In this document: positions 37,309-50,779 of the stretch, in pieces
How the letters are laid out: every line of letters begins with the position of its first letter
Numbering within the stretch: the stretch's first letter is position 1
NCBI GenBank assembly: GCA_016748015.1
Contig: JAAOMT010000745.1
Span: 4,881 to 59,441 of the forward strand
Length of the DNA: 54,561 bases
Reading direction: 5' to 3'
Source of the DNA: Geosiphon pyriformis uo1
Taxonomy: Eukaryota > Fungi > Glomeromycota
Program-made: the position numbers and the translations under genes
Notes under the pieces: generated by a model
Seen by the model: the letters and a program-made list of their open reading frames with translations, nothing else
Database searches by the model: none
Told to the model about the DNA's origin: nothing

Positions 37309-38749
37309 TGTATTTCGCTTTTGGGAACTTGTTGAGCTGGGCGCTTAGCTTACAGAAGTGTAGTTTAAATGAAAAAATTGTAGCACAAACCTCGCATTTG
37401 TATTTCTTAACCAATTATCTTTTGGTTTCACCAAGCACCTTTTTGTTGCTTTGGTATCACCAAAGATGACCGCTTCAAAGGCTTCTACCTCTCCATTGGA
37501 GAGAACTAAACACAACTTTTCCTCAAATTAATGATGATGATTATGATGATGAAAGGGAAAAGTTTAAAATTTTAGACTTGCAATTTTTAATCGCCATGAT
37601 TTCCATTACATTCATGAAATTTTTAATGGTGTTGTAGATCGGTATGATCTCACACATTTACCGTGACCCATGATTTTTTCTTTAAAAAACCCTTTACTAA
37701 AATGAAAAACAGTCATGCATAAGTAGAAAAAACACGACTCAATTTCCTTCAATTTAAGCAGCTCTGAGTAAAGAAAACCTTTATAGCTCTCAGAAAAGAG
37801 TGTAATGTTGCCAGTTTACATTATGATTCTCTAAAGGTTAAAAACATACGTTTATTTTTTGCATGTAATAAAACGGTTGTTTGGTTTGCCTCGACTTCAT
37901 CCAATTGCACAAGATCCATTCAGCAGCGATATTCATTTCTAACTATAGACCCATTTTTGATTCCTTGTATTACAACTAGTGGCTCGTTCATAAGCTGAAA
38001 GTGGCTACGTACAACATTATCAACAGAAATGTACTACACAAATTGAACTTTAAAACAGAAATGAGCATTGTCTCGCTTGAGTTTTTTTTTCAAAATACAG
38101 CAAGTTTTTGTGATAGAGCTTGTGACATGATCCTAAATATTATATGATCAACTTTTCATGCAGGAAATTTGAATAAAATATTTTTGTGAGAGATAAACTA
38201 ATTTATTAGTGCTTATTGTTACATTCAAATTTTTTGCTAAATCATTTACTTTTGTGTAAAATTTTCTTTCATTCTAGAACAATTAAATTTTGCAACTTAT
38301 TAGCTTACTTTTATTCTTTAATAGAAATTCTATTTCAATTTGTACAAGAACTCCTAATTCGTTGGGTGGAAATTCAAAGCTCAGATACCCGTTCAATTTA
38401 ACTCAAATAACGTTTACTGTTGGTAATCATTTCAATTTTTTAGGTTTTTAATTTAATAAATTCTTCAAGCAAAAAATTTAGAAATTTTACTTTTAAAAGC
38501 TTTACGTTCTTAAATAAATGCTTTCCATTTATGATAAAGTGTCATTTTTTTTTTGTATTTCCCAATTGCAGAAATGGCACACTATCCCATGTTGCAATGC
38601 ATACATTATCTCATGCATACTATTTATGTTCATGATAAATATTAAATTTCACATTTTAATAAGCAAAAAAAGTTTGGTTATATTTTTATTATTGCATGAA
38701 TTACAAATTAATTTAATTTTTAGTCATTGTTTTTTTCGTGTTTCATGAT

Positions 38750-38846
38750 AATTTAACACAAAAAATATATATATTATAAAAAATGAATAAGTAAAAAAAA
38801 ATTTATTTATTATAGGTGGATTATAAATTTATTGTATTTGATCATG

Positions 38847-38879
<33 letters not shown>

Positions 38880-39600
38880 TAATAATAATTTAATATATAT
38901 GAATCCTTTTTTGGTGTTTTTTTTTTATAAACATAATAGTATCATTAAAAAAAATTTTTTTTTTTTCACTTAAAAATATTATAATTTTTATGCATTCATC
39001 TTACTAATTTAATAAAAGATATTTGATTTATTGACACAAACATTTAATTTGTTCAATAAATTTTTAATTTTAATAAATTAAAATATTTTTTTGAATTGAT
39101 ATTTTTATTTTTTATAAATTAATTTTATTTTTTTTAAAAATTTTTTGTTAATATTCATATTTATTTAAATAAAAATTATTTTCATAATCTTTATTAAAAT
39201 ATTCAAAATTGAATTTAAAATTTTCAAAAAAAAAAAAAATGTAAAGAAATATTACATTTTTATGAAAAAAAAAAAACTAAAGATTTTTTTTTTACGATTA
39301 TATTAAGATTTAGAATTCAGAATGAAATAAACTTTATTTAAATATTATATATAAATATTTTAAAGCATTTTCATAATTTCTACGATACACTTATTATTCT
39401 ATGCAAAAAATATTTCAAAGAAAAAAGCATTAAAATAATTGATTCTAAAGTAATAAATAATGATTACATTGAAAAAACTTGATTTGAATTTAATATTTAA
39501 AAAATTAATTAATTACTTTCGGTCTATTTTCAAATACGCAAAATAATTATTAAATATTCAAGTTTAATGTAAGTTTGTTTTAAAATGTAAATTTTTCTAC
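38750..39600. repeat. AT-rich low-complexity block including (TAA)n near 38849-38888
   Basis: Composition only. Confidence 0.4.
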
Positions 39601-40612
39601 TTATTTACGGCTCTCGTAAAGTCTTTTAATTTTGCTTGACATTTTTACGCTTTTTGTTCATTACGTACTTTATGTATTATTTTATTGTACAGACCATAGC
39701 AAAGATGAAACCTTCATGCCTCAACTCCCACCACTAAAGCAATACAAGTGTGAAACAACTAAAGATCTCACAATGACTATTTCCGGAATAATTTGTCATG
39801 AATTTTTACGAGATATTCTGGTTACCCACCTTTTGGATAATAGCTTAGTTTTCAAAAGACCAATAATCTCTGAATATACACTTAAGTTATCTTAGTAGCA
39901 CATCTATTTACCTATTTTGGGTATGTACAGAGTCAAAGGCTGGTATAATCACAATCAAACAGAGAAATTTCTATATAATGTCATGAAACAAAAAATGGTT
40001 TGATTAAATACTTATGGCTGTCAAAAATCTTTTTCCTTTGTTAAACTCGCATTCTTTTTATTAATCTTAACCAGTTAAAAGAATTATTAATAATTTAGGA
40101 AAAATTTAGGAACTTTCAATTATTAGATAAAATTAATTCAACTGGATTATTTCTGTAATTTCTTTTTTTGTCCAATCTAGTCTATAAATTAAATATTAAT
40201 ATGAAACTTAATTAAATTAAAATTAATTAATACCTTTGTGCGCTCTAGTTACTTTAATCTGCCTTTCATCCAGTCGATCGAATGCATGTTGATTTTAAAT
40301 TACTGTCTTATCACTTGTCAACTATATTGGCATAGATACAGTTTTGGACAAAAAATAAATGGTAGTTACATAAGATGGGTTTTAAAAATTTTATTTTATA
40401 AAATCATTTTAATAAACTTATTTATTATATATTATAAAGAATATATCATTAAAAACAAATTTATTAAGAAAAAATTTAAGATTTTACAATAAATATTTTT
40501 TAAATAAACTTATTCTTTAAATATTAAAGAATATATATCTAAATTTTTATTTATTGAATAAAAATAAAAATAATTATTTAAAATTTTTTTTTTATGAATG
40601 AAAAAAGACATA

Positions 40613-41060
40613 CAGTGACCAATTAAAAAAAAAACTTTACGAACTAAAGTAAGTTCCTAATTTTCGTTCTGACAGTCACAAGTACCGTTTGAAAAAATCT
40701 ATGAAACTACTATAGAAGACAGTATCTACAAACGACAGTAAAATTTGATGGGTAACATTATGATTACAGTTCATTGCGTTGTCATATTGAAAAAAAATTG
40801 AATGACGATGGGAATGGAAAATACTTACAAATAATTTCATTGAACTTTAAACTGGTTTGGGGACAATAATATTAAAGTTCTTGATTGGCTCTCACAATCT
40901 TCAGACCTAAATCTCATTCGCCATCTACCTGAGCAAGTTCATAGCAAGAAAGACTTGTGAAAAAAATTAAAATAATATTGAAATCGAACTTTGTACTAAA
41001 CTTATTGAATTCATGCCCAATAGAATAGCAGATCAGATTTTATAAAGGCTGGTGGTAACG
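40613..41060 (+). mobile_element. Tc1/mariner transposase relic, internally deleted
   Basis: TA|CAGTGACC terminus at 40611; TVKF.G..IM (about 40735-40765); WFGDNNIKVLDWLSQSSDLNLI (40853-40918, equivalent to WPSQSPDLNPI); CTKLIEFMPNRI and KAGG C-terminal motif. Right TIR not found. Confidence 0.8.
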
Positions 41061-41531
41061 TAATAATAGAACTATACCTCAATCATATATCGTAACCATA
41101 TATGCACGTATAGTGAATAAGTAGAATAGATGCCATGCTCGTTACTATGTCAGTCAACCATTTAACCTTTCAAAGAAATAAATCATACAGTTTGAAAGCC
41201 TGCTTTAAATTGATTAATATATGTCCAAAAATAGACATTCATGACGAAAGGTTTATATTTTTATCTCCAATCACCAATATGCTATCTGAAATTTAATACA
41301 TTTTCTCGGGTGATACGATGACTTTTGTGAACCACCGTTCCCCAAATTTGAGTCAAAATAAGTTGTTATAAAATCAAAAAGTCTTTTGGAAAAAAATCTC
41401 GTTTTACCAAGATTACTAAAGAATTTAATTATTTTTAACATTGCACTTCTTTTATAAACTTAAAAAATTTTAAATTTATATTCCTACTTACTAAAATATT
41501 TTTAATAATTATACCTAAACCTTCAATACTA

Positions 41532-43300
41532 ATGAAAAGCTTATCCCTTTCTAACGGGCTTATAAACTCATCGGCAACAACATTTCTATTGCATAAATTC
41601 CAATCCGTAATATTCACAAAGCTCCGTCTAAAAACTTTGAACACTTTGAAAAGGATAAAAAATCAAAATATATCGTTTATATTAACAATAATTTGTGCAT
41701 TAACTTTATTGTATGGTGAAGTGATTGTTTATTACTTCACATTTTGGAAATGTAATTGGCCATCATTAAAAGAATGGGTAACCTATTTATAATAATAATT
41801 TGATTTTATTTTAGATATAGAAGAGACTTTCAGGGCTAAAAACTTTGCCCTAAATTTTTTAAGGATTTATCATTAGGCACGCCATATCACATGATTATAA
41901 TTGCTGACCAACGTATAAGTGAAAGTATTTCATATAGACAAAAAGGAATACTCCAAAGAGTTACTGAAATTCATAAAAACACACACTTACGAAAAAATTG
42001 GCGAATTTTACAAGATAGATTTCCTTCTGATGCTATAATGATATTGGGTAATTTAATGGATCGGGGATCAGAATTGGAGTCTCAGGAGTAAGTGGAATTT
42101 TTGTGATTTGTTCTCTTTTGATTTTCCAATTTTGCTCGACATCAGACTTAAGTATTTATCTAATCTATTCTATCAAGATGGGAAGATGAATTACACAGAT
42201 ACAATTTAATATTCAGTCCACGATATTCAAATCAAAGTATACCAGTCTTTTATTTAGCTGGAAATTATGATATTGGAGTTGGAAAAAAAGTTGACAGAAA
42301 GGCCTATTTGCGATTTAGTAATGTTTTAGGACCAACCAATTTCGTTCACACACTTGGTAATCATACCATTGTAGGATTGGATACGATAACTTTAAGTGGT
42401 GAAGATGATTCGCTCAAAAAAGAAGGACTTGAATTACTAGATCAATTGGAAAATGGTATGCTTTTTCGAGATGTCAGTTTTAAAAAAAAATTAAACCTTA
42501 TTTCCAATATTTTTTTCAACTTTTTTTTGTATTCAGATATTAATATATACACCCAAAACAGAATCCTATTTACCCATCTTCCTCTACACCACCGGCCATC
42601 CAACATCAATTGCAAAGGCATTAAAGACCAATACCAAAAAAACCCAATAGATGAGAATATTTCAAATATAATTTTGGATAAGTTACAGCCGAATTTGATT
42701 ATAAGTGGATATGGTCATGATATTTGTGAGATAGAAGATGGAAAAAGCCAAAATGCCGCCGAAATTCGTGTGAATAGTTTTAATTTTGCAATGGTATTAT
42801 ACTTTTATATTTTTTGATTATTCCAAATTATATATATGTTAATGGTCATTAATTTGTAAATTCAGGGAGTTTCAAAACCAGGATTTATTCTTTTAAGTCT
42901 ATACAATCCATATTCATTACTCAATATATCCACAACTCCCACTTACGCATACTCTTTATGCCCCTTACCAAACCAAGCTCAAATATTATTTTCCTACATA
43001 TTCCTCTTAATAATCTCCATCCTACTCATTCTACGAAGCAGCCATACCAAATTTTGTCAAACCAAGTCATTCCATAACTTAAGTATCTATAATTTATTGC
43101 CGATTCACGGAATGGAAGCGAAAAAATTCGAAAAAGGATCAAAACCATTTTTCATTACCTGGATTTATTGGAAGGTTATCCTGCTAGACTTGACAAAAAT
43201 TTTAATTTTTGTACTGGGAACTTATCTCGCTTGCATGGGACTATTTGTATGGGAGAATTGGGATATCGTTACAAGATATTTTAAAAGGAAGGGTTTATGA
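41532..43300 (+). CDS. Cdc1/MPPE1(PGAP5)-like membrane metallophosphoesterase with degenerate active-site motifs, multi-exon
   Basis: N-terminal TM plus GE...Y...C.WP, then IIADQRI, LRKNWR.LQ..F.SDAIMILGNLMDRG, LAGNYDIG, ILFTHLPL, IISGYGHDIC, V.SFNFAMG(V)SKPGFILLSL, C.LP.Q, and C-terminal TM helices. This layout matches fungal Cdc1. Confidence 0.85.
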
Positions 43301-43587
43301 TGTTTATAAATACGTTCCCAAAGATCATGTTAATAAAGTTTAAAAAGTATTTCATTTCACGGGTTTGAAAAATGCTCCTGTGTCAAAATCATTCATATAT
43401 GTCTTAGTCAAAAATGCAATAATCTTTCCTACAAAAAATGGAATAGCCTAAACTTCAGCTCTTTCCAAATATTTTAATGATCAGGTGCGATAGAAAAATT
43501 ATATTTATTAATAATAAATTTATAGTTAGCGAATCTTAAATTTGTTATTTGGCAGCAAAATTAAAGATTCGTTTCAAATTTAAAAGA

Positions 43588-45158
43588 TTATTTATCATAT
43601 TTCCTCAACCGTTCCTTTTTTATGTCCATCTTATGTCTCAACACCATTGTATTAACTCTTGGATGGTGACGATGACTATTATTATACGATTGCTCCTCTT
43701 CTTTAGATCTATCGACTGCTGGACTCTTTTCTTCCTCATAAACAATTTCAATGGGTGTCGCAGGATTAATATTCATTTCAAACAGATGATCGAAAAACGT
43801 TGGCTCTTCAAATGTGACTGGTTCCAGATTATCAAGATCAGACGATAAATTTTCGACTTGAACAGGTTCATCAATTGTTGATTGACCTGAATCGGAACAA
43901 GATGAGCTAGTAGTTTTCGACGGTTTGAACTTGATAACTTCTTTATTTTCAACAGGAAACAAAATCTAAAAAGGCAAATTAGTCTGAGCATATATCTAAT
44001 AATTACTCAATCTAGCAATTGAACATCTTACATCTGCTTCTTCCTTGGTTTTAACGAGTTTCTCCACAATTATTTTCATCGCACCATACAGGGCTTCCAG
44101 AGGAAAATATCCTGAAGGAATAACCTAAACGAATTGAAAGGTATAAATTTTTGACTCAATTAATAAAACTAAAAAAGTAGGCTGAAATAGTTTCTACTCG
44201 CCTCTTCAAGAAGCACCTTGGGTCCAACCCCATTCAAATCAACGTAATCAAGCAGCTCTTGTCTTTTTGTAGTTTCCAAAAATGGTCCGTCAATCGAATT
44301 AGTTAGCCAATGCTGGATAAATCTAAATACCTTGGCATCTTCACTAACTACACCAATATTTTCGATATTAGGACACTTCATCTTAGATACTTTTGTCTCA
44401 TTACGTCGATCGAAAAAAAATTTAAGACTCGATATGTTAATCTCATGCGCATTATTCTGGGTGAGAGTTTTTGTCGCCAAAATATCAGAGCCTTCAAGGA
44501 AATCATAACAGATCGTGGCTAGAGTAGTGAAGATTGAATCTAATTCTTTTGAGCCATCATTAGAGTTAACATTCGACTTTTTTGATTCAATTTTAGTCAA
44601 AGGAGAAAATTGATTAAGGAAATAAATTGCATCCGAGGTCCTCAGAATAAGACCTCTGATTCTGGCAATGATTGGTTCAAGAAGGCTGGCTAGACGAAGT
44701 TTTTGAATTAGGACTACAATAGAAACCAAATCTTCAGTTCGGTGATCCACCAGATTTAAAATTCCAGTATGTAGATAATTGTTAATGGTAGAAAAAGCCG
44801 TTGACAAAAGTGTCCCTGGCAGTTCAATTTCACCAAGTAGTTGGGATAGTTTAAAGGCTCCACTTTCCGAGTATACCGACATAAACTCACGCTCAGAGGT
44901 GAGAAATCGATAAATTGTTGGTGATCTAGCTGCCAGAACAAACCTGAAAAATAATGTATAATAGGTAAAAGTTTAGGATTATTAAAAACTTTTCGAACCT
45001 AATTTTTGAAAATCGAAATTATTCAATTACCGATTGGCAAATACACTTTGGCCATCGGCCAAAATTATTTCGCAGTCAAGAAAATGAGGATCGCTAAATA
45101 ATTTACCAATCTCATCTGCCAATAGTGGCCTTTGATCCACAACCTGCCACTGGCTCAT
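43588..45158 (-). CDS. BTB/POZ domain protein with BACK-like helical region (4 exons)
   Basis: Exon 1 MSQWQVVDQRPLLADEIGKLFSDPHFLDCEIILADGQSVFANR|FVLAARSP; AFSTINNYLHTG; EDAKVFRFIQHW...LLDYVDL. GT-AG introns link to ORFs 44169-44882 and 43588-43962. Confidence 0.85.
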
Positions 45159-45818
45159 TTTGAATGAGTACAAACAAAAAACGAGGAATGGATCCTATAT
45201 GTATTGTTCGCAAGTGATAAAGTGTGATCTAAATCATAACATGGCATTTGAAAAAAGTTATCATTTAAAGACCATTTTTGCAACTCGAATTAGAGGTTGG
45301 AAAATTTGATTGGTTAATGATTACTTATCTATCAAACTAATAATGCCAATAATTTTTAATATGTACGTACATTTCTACCAATTCAATTTGAAGTTTCTTC
45401 TGATCATAATTATTGCATTATATCAGAAGAAAGGATAAATTTTGATGTGGGGGCTTATAGTCAATAAAACTGTTTTAGTACTAAATATCTGCAATTGATA
45501 CGTTCGAATTCGCATGACTTGTAATGTCTCTAATAAATAAAATATTTTGAGAGTTGTTATAGAATATTCAAATCGAAATTATCGATTCAAACTCCTCAAA
45601 GACTTGAAAATGTAATGTATTAAAAGTAATAGACTAAAAATTTTAAATACCTCCTTTTTAAATCACTGATTTCATCAAAGTTGTAGTGGAAATTCAGAGC
45701 TCCTATATTTTCTAATGCTTAAAAATATTTTTTATTACACAATCAAAATTAATGTCCGACTTTTTGAAATAATACTATCATATACACGTTTCATAATAAT
45801 TGAAGTATATCTCATCCA

Positions 45819-45880
45819 GGGAACCGCGACGTAAATGTACCGGGGTGATTTGATTTGATTTGATTTGATTTGATTTGATT
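45819..45880 (+). repeat. GC-rich 27-bp head plus (TGATT)7; likely 3' end of a 5'-truncated non-LTR retroposon
   Basis: GGGAACCGCGACGTAAATGTACCGGGG immediately followed by 7 perfect TGATT units (45846-45880). Confidence 0.5.
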
Positions 45881-46609
45881 TTCTTATACTTTAGTTAAGC
45901 AGAGACTCCAGTATTTCGGTATACGTCAAGGAAGTGAAAGTCATCCCAATCGTGAAGCTTCTTCCTGAAGTATTCGTCACACCCTTCACCATCTTTATTT
46001 CCTGTGGCCAATCAATAAGTCAGATAACTAGAAATAATGCAAAATAATACACAATAACTAATTGATTTCTTCTATAATTATTAATTTTCAAACCAATATT
46101 TGAACTTCCAGAGAAACTTATTGTCATTATGAATGTGTATAAAAAATAGCAATCTTAAGACCCCTTGTAATTAGAATAGGAATATTTGAATCATCAATAC
46201 TCTTGATATAAAAGTTACAAATCCAAAAATGTAATTTCTAAATTGAAATATATCTTTAATATTATGTTGTAAATTGCAAAAATCCTTCAATTTAAATGCT
46301 CAATCCTATCAGAAAGTATTTGATTTTTGCTATTTGGCTTTATGGTTGATCAATTTTTGAAAAGGTGCCAACTGATGTAACGATTTTTTCATTATTTACT
46401 GGATGTCGCTATCGATCAAATTTTTTTTAAATCAAAGCAAAATATGAACAATCTTTTGTTGATTTTTTAAACCTATAGCATTTCAAGATTATGAAGAATA
46501 TCCTAAAAAAAATATTCAAATTTTAATGTATTGTACATTGTACAAGTGAAACGTATAAAAACCCAATTGAATTCTAAGCTTTTACATTAATTAATAGCCT
46601 AAGTTAATG

Positions 46610-49050
46610 GCAACAAAAAAACATAGAACAATAAAAACAGATATAAAACTATATTTAATTTGTAAGAATATCTGAAATTAACAAAATTTGGAAAAGGCTT
46701 TGAGCAATGTTAACATGACTTAGTTTAGGTTTTATAAAAAAAATTACACTCAATGGATATCAAATTTACATGTTAATAAAAATTGAAATATTTCTCATAT
46801 AATTGTTAGTTATAAACATTAAAATAAAAATAAATAAATAAAAATTTTTCATTTATTTATTTATTCATTTATTTGGTGTTTATAAATAGACTTAAGTAAA
46901 AAACTTATCTAAAAATAATTAAAAAGCCAGCTAAAAAGAATTTATTTTCTTCATCCTAAGTTCAAATACACTTAACCAAATTGAAATACAGTTTAGCTAA
47001 TCTTATTGAGCAAATAACTAAATTAATTAATGTTTACAATTATATTATTAGTGGTAGCAAAAATTCTTGCTGGTCAAAAAAATTAATGATTAAGCTTTAA
47101 TGCTTTAAGCAACATAATTAATAATATATTTATAAATGGTTTTTTAAGTTAACATAAGTTTATTAAACAAATAAAAAAAACATCAACAATCTAACAATTA
47201 TGCTGTTGAAATTGATAACAAAAATAGATTTGGGTGGTGATTTTTTTAATATACAATCAAATAGAAAATTTTGTTAGAAATAACCATTTTTTGTTGTTTT
47301 AAAATAATTTAATTCTTTTACAAAAAATTTTTATTTGTAGATTATCTTTTTGTTGTGTAAATACTGTAAGCTAACTTTTTTTAATCTAAAATCCAATTGT
47401 GTTAAAAAATTGTTATTTATTGTTTTTTTAGGCAGTTTTCAGCAATACAAAGTTTTTGGTATAATAACTAATATCTTAAAGTATTACTAATATTAGATTT
47501 ATTTTTAATTTCTCTAGTTTTGTGAGCTGTTATTTTTTGAATAAACAAGTTTTAGATATTAATTTTAATTGGTTTTATTTTTAAGTTTTAAGAATTATTA
47601 AATTTTAAAGTCCAATAAAAATTTTTAATTAGAAGAAAATAAATATTTAAATCTTAATTACTTTATTACTTTATTAAAATTATTAAAAAAATTAAAAAGC
47701 TATATTTCTAAATATTATTTCAAAATAATAAGTATTAAAATTAATTAATTAATTAGTTATTTATTTAAAAAAATTTAAATTTTAACAGATTTTAGAATTT
47801 TAATATACATTTTTTAATAGAAAAAAGCTTTTTTTATACAAATTTTAAGTATAACTATTTTAAGTTTTAGCATTATTTGTTTTGTAAATATTTTTAAATT
47901 CTATTTGAACCACTTAAAACTTTTATTGTTATATATTTTAGAATTTAAATACAGTATTTAGTTAAATTTTTGTAAATTGATGCTAATAATAATTAATTAA
48001 ATAACTTATTTAAATAATAATATATAAGAAAAATAATTAATGTAAAATTTAATAATAATAGAAAAATAGCTTTAGTATTTTAAAATATTGGTATACAGTT
48101 AAAATTTATAATACTTAAAAATTAATATGTATATAAATTTTTTAAATAAAAACTTAAAATTAAATAAAAATATTTATATTGACCAATAATTTTTATTTAT
48201 TAATAAAAAATAAATATAATTTTATAGAATATTTTTAAATATTTTTTTTAACAAAATCTTAATAAATCTGAATTTTTAAATTACTTTTTATTGATATTTA
48301 CTAAAGAAAAATATACAGTCTAAATAAAATCTGATACAACAAAAAAATATTTACAAAATATTTAATATTTTTATTGGTAAATAAAATTTTTATTTTGGAA
48401 AAAAAGAGCATTTAAAAAATATAATTTTCCTAAAAAATCATAACGATATACAATTAAGTATTTAGTATTAAAAGTAAAAAATATGTAAATTTTGGTTAAA
48501 ATTGTGTTGTTATTTTAATTATTATAAAAGATACAAAATTAATATAAATTGCTATTGTATACAAAAAACTGATAATTATTATTTAAGTAGTAAAGTCAAG
48601 ATTAATTTGAAATTACGAAGGATCGAAATTTGTAATTTGTAATCACAGAAAAACATAAGATTTTTACAAAAAAGTTTATAATTCATAGTATTTATAAAAA
48701 CAATCAATATTTTATGGTTTTAAGAATTTGCAACCTTATAACAAAACAACCATAAAAAATAATTGTTTCACAAGAAAAAAATAACCAAAATTTAAAGAAT
48801 AATAAATATGTTACACCTTGCTATAAAAAATTTATGTGAAACTATAACTATGTATTCAAAGTGTTAAAACTTCTAATAAAAATATTTGTACATCTTGATA
48901 TTCAACAAATCAATAAAAGAAAAAAGTTTTTATTTTCATTTATTTTGATCAACACAAGGTTTTAAATTTTACAATAATTATAACTTTGAAAATAAAATAT
49001 AAAAGATTATTACTAATATAAATCAGGTTGTAAAAATTGTGACTGTTACA
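46610..49050. repeat. AT-rich hypermutated repeat block; 48631-49050 may be a solo LTR (TGTAA...TTACA)
   Basis: Composition; TG...CA ends with short inverted similarity; no TSD found. Confidence 0.45.
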
Positions 49051-49478
49051 TATATTCCATTGCAATTAATTGCCAATTCAAACTTTAGATAAAGTAATTG
49101 CAAAATCCTGATTCAATTGCAAAGCCAATATACTAATGACCCCAAATTTTAGCATGATATTTTTCTTCCATTGGTTCTTGAATTCATTAATTAGAAACAC
49201 ATTAGATTCCAGTTTCAATTTTTGCAACAACTTCATATTTTAAAAAATTAACAAGGAATACAGAGATAGCTGAACAGAATATATTATGTGCTAGAGAAAA
49301 ATAAATCTATCCAGTGCAAATTCTCAAATTAAATGACTGTTCCATAGAATGCTTTTTTTATGTTTGTCAAATCGAGAAATTTTATGATTATTAAAGAGGG
49401 AAAATCGTAACTGTTTTACCAAACTTTTACTTATTAATATAATTTTTAAGAAAAAAGAACCAAATGCCACCTACATCT

Positions 49479-49709
49479 TTATTTCTTTCCGTATGTTTTT
49501 CCTTTCATATCCACGACATAAGAATCGTCTACGTTCTCATTTCCCGCAGTAGCGTTTGGCGGCCGTGTAGTTTCCTTGTGGAAAATTGGACGTTTGTCTG
49601 GCAATGCATAATGTCGATAAGCAAAGTAACCACCAGTTATTGCCGTGAGTGCAAGGATAACCAATCCAGTAGGAGAGCGTTCAGTATTTACTTTGTAAAG
49701 CTTTGCCAT
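49479..49709 (-). CDS. Small single-pass membrane protein (76 aa)
   Basis: ATG ORF in a GC-elevated, CpG-containing island; hydrophobic GLVILALTAITGGYFAY followed by basic residues. Confidence 0.65.
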   Translation of the reverse strand: MAKLYKVNTERSPTGLVILALTAITGGYFAYRHYALPDKRPIFHKETTRPPNATAGNENVDDSYVVDMKGKTYGKK

Positions 49710-50103
49710 TGATTATGCCGTTGGTAAAAAGATTAAAAGACTGAGGAAGTTTGTTTTAAGTAACAAGAGATAGTTTAAATAATGAATTAACATCATAATT
49801 CGTCATTGTTTGTATTACATCATAATTCAGCTTTGATTAATCATTTTGATCAAGGTTAATTATAACGTGAAAGTCAAAGTAAGAGATAATAATTTAACTG
49901 ATCCCCTATATAATTTTTATCTTTTCAATTTACTACTTGAGTCACCCAAAGAAATTTATTCTTCAGTTTTAGAGAGTTTCGTGATAAGTTATTCAAAGGA
50001 TCGCCTTAAGTTTAAGCAATATTATTGTTAAGGATGAATTATAAGAATAAGTGATAAATGCACCGTAAACAAAAACAAACACAAAAACAAAATAAAAACA
50101 CAA

Positions 50104-50137
<34 letters not shown>

Positions 50138-50779
50138 CGTACCTTTAACGAAATTTGATCAAATTATTTTTAAAAGTTGTCTTTGGGTTTTAAAAAAAGA
50201 AAATTTTCAGCAGTACTCTAAGTTAAAACAGTACATAAGGGTAGCTTTTTTGTGATATTCAGGTTTAAAGTTTTTTTTAAAAAAGATAGATCAGTTTTTT
50301 TTGAAATCATTACAAATATGATTATTCTTCATGTTTGAATTCATTTCCAAGCAAAAAGACCAAAACGTCGGTTGATGAAAGCAAAAAATAAATATGAAAA
50401 TTGACTGACAAATAAGACATTGATTTTTTCATGAAATTTTGATACAATTCCAAAACTTATGAATCGGACATGCTTATTAATTTTTTAAATGGTATACCGT
50501 AATTCACTGTATAAACCACCTGGGTGCAAATTGTGGGAGTTTACAATGATGGGTTATTTATCTGGTGAATTAGATAATGATGAGAATAACATTTATATAT
50601 CTATTATTATTATTATTTTATGCTTATTAATGAGAATGGAAAGAAAACTACTTTAATTTGAAATAAAACCAATTTTTAAAATAAGAGAAAATAATATTTT
50701 ACATGTATAAATTGAATGACTTAAAGCCTGAATATCAAGAAGGCAAAGTGGAATCTAAAGAATCAACCTCTAAAAAATT

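Noticed and set aside
39660-40000. GC-elevated stretch with an 87-aa ORF, possible TE or gene relic
   Set aside because: No motif recognised in any frame.
45846-45880. Telomeric or CRISPR-like repeat
   Set aside because: Not TTAGGG-type, interstitial and spacer-less; no CRISPR array is seen anywhere in the window.
50495-50525. TA|CCGTAATTCAC, a pogo-like terminus
   Set aside because: No matching inverted end or transposase remnant nearby.
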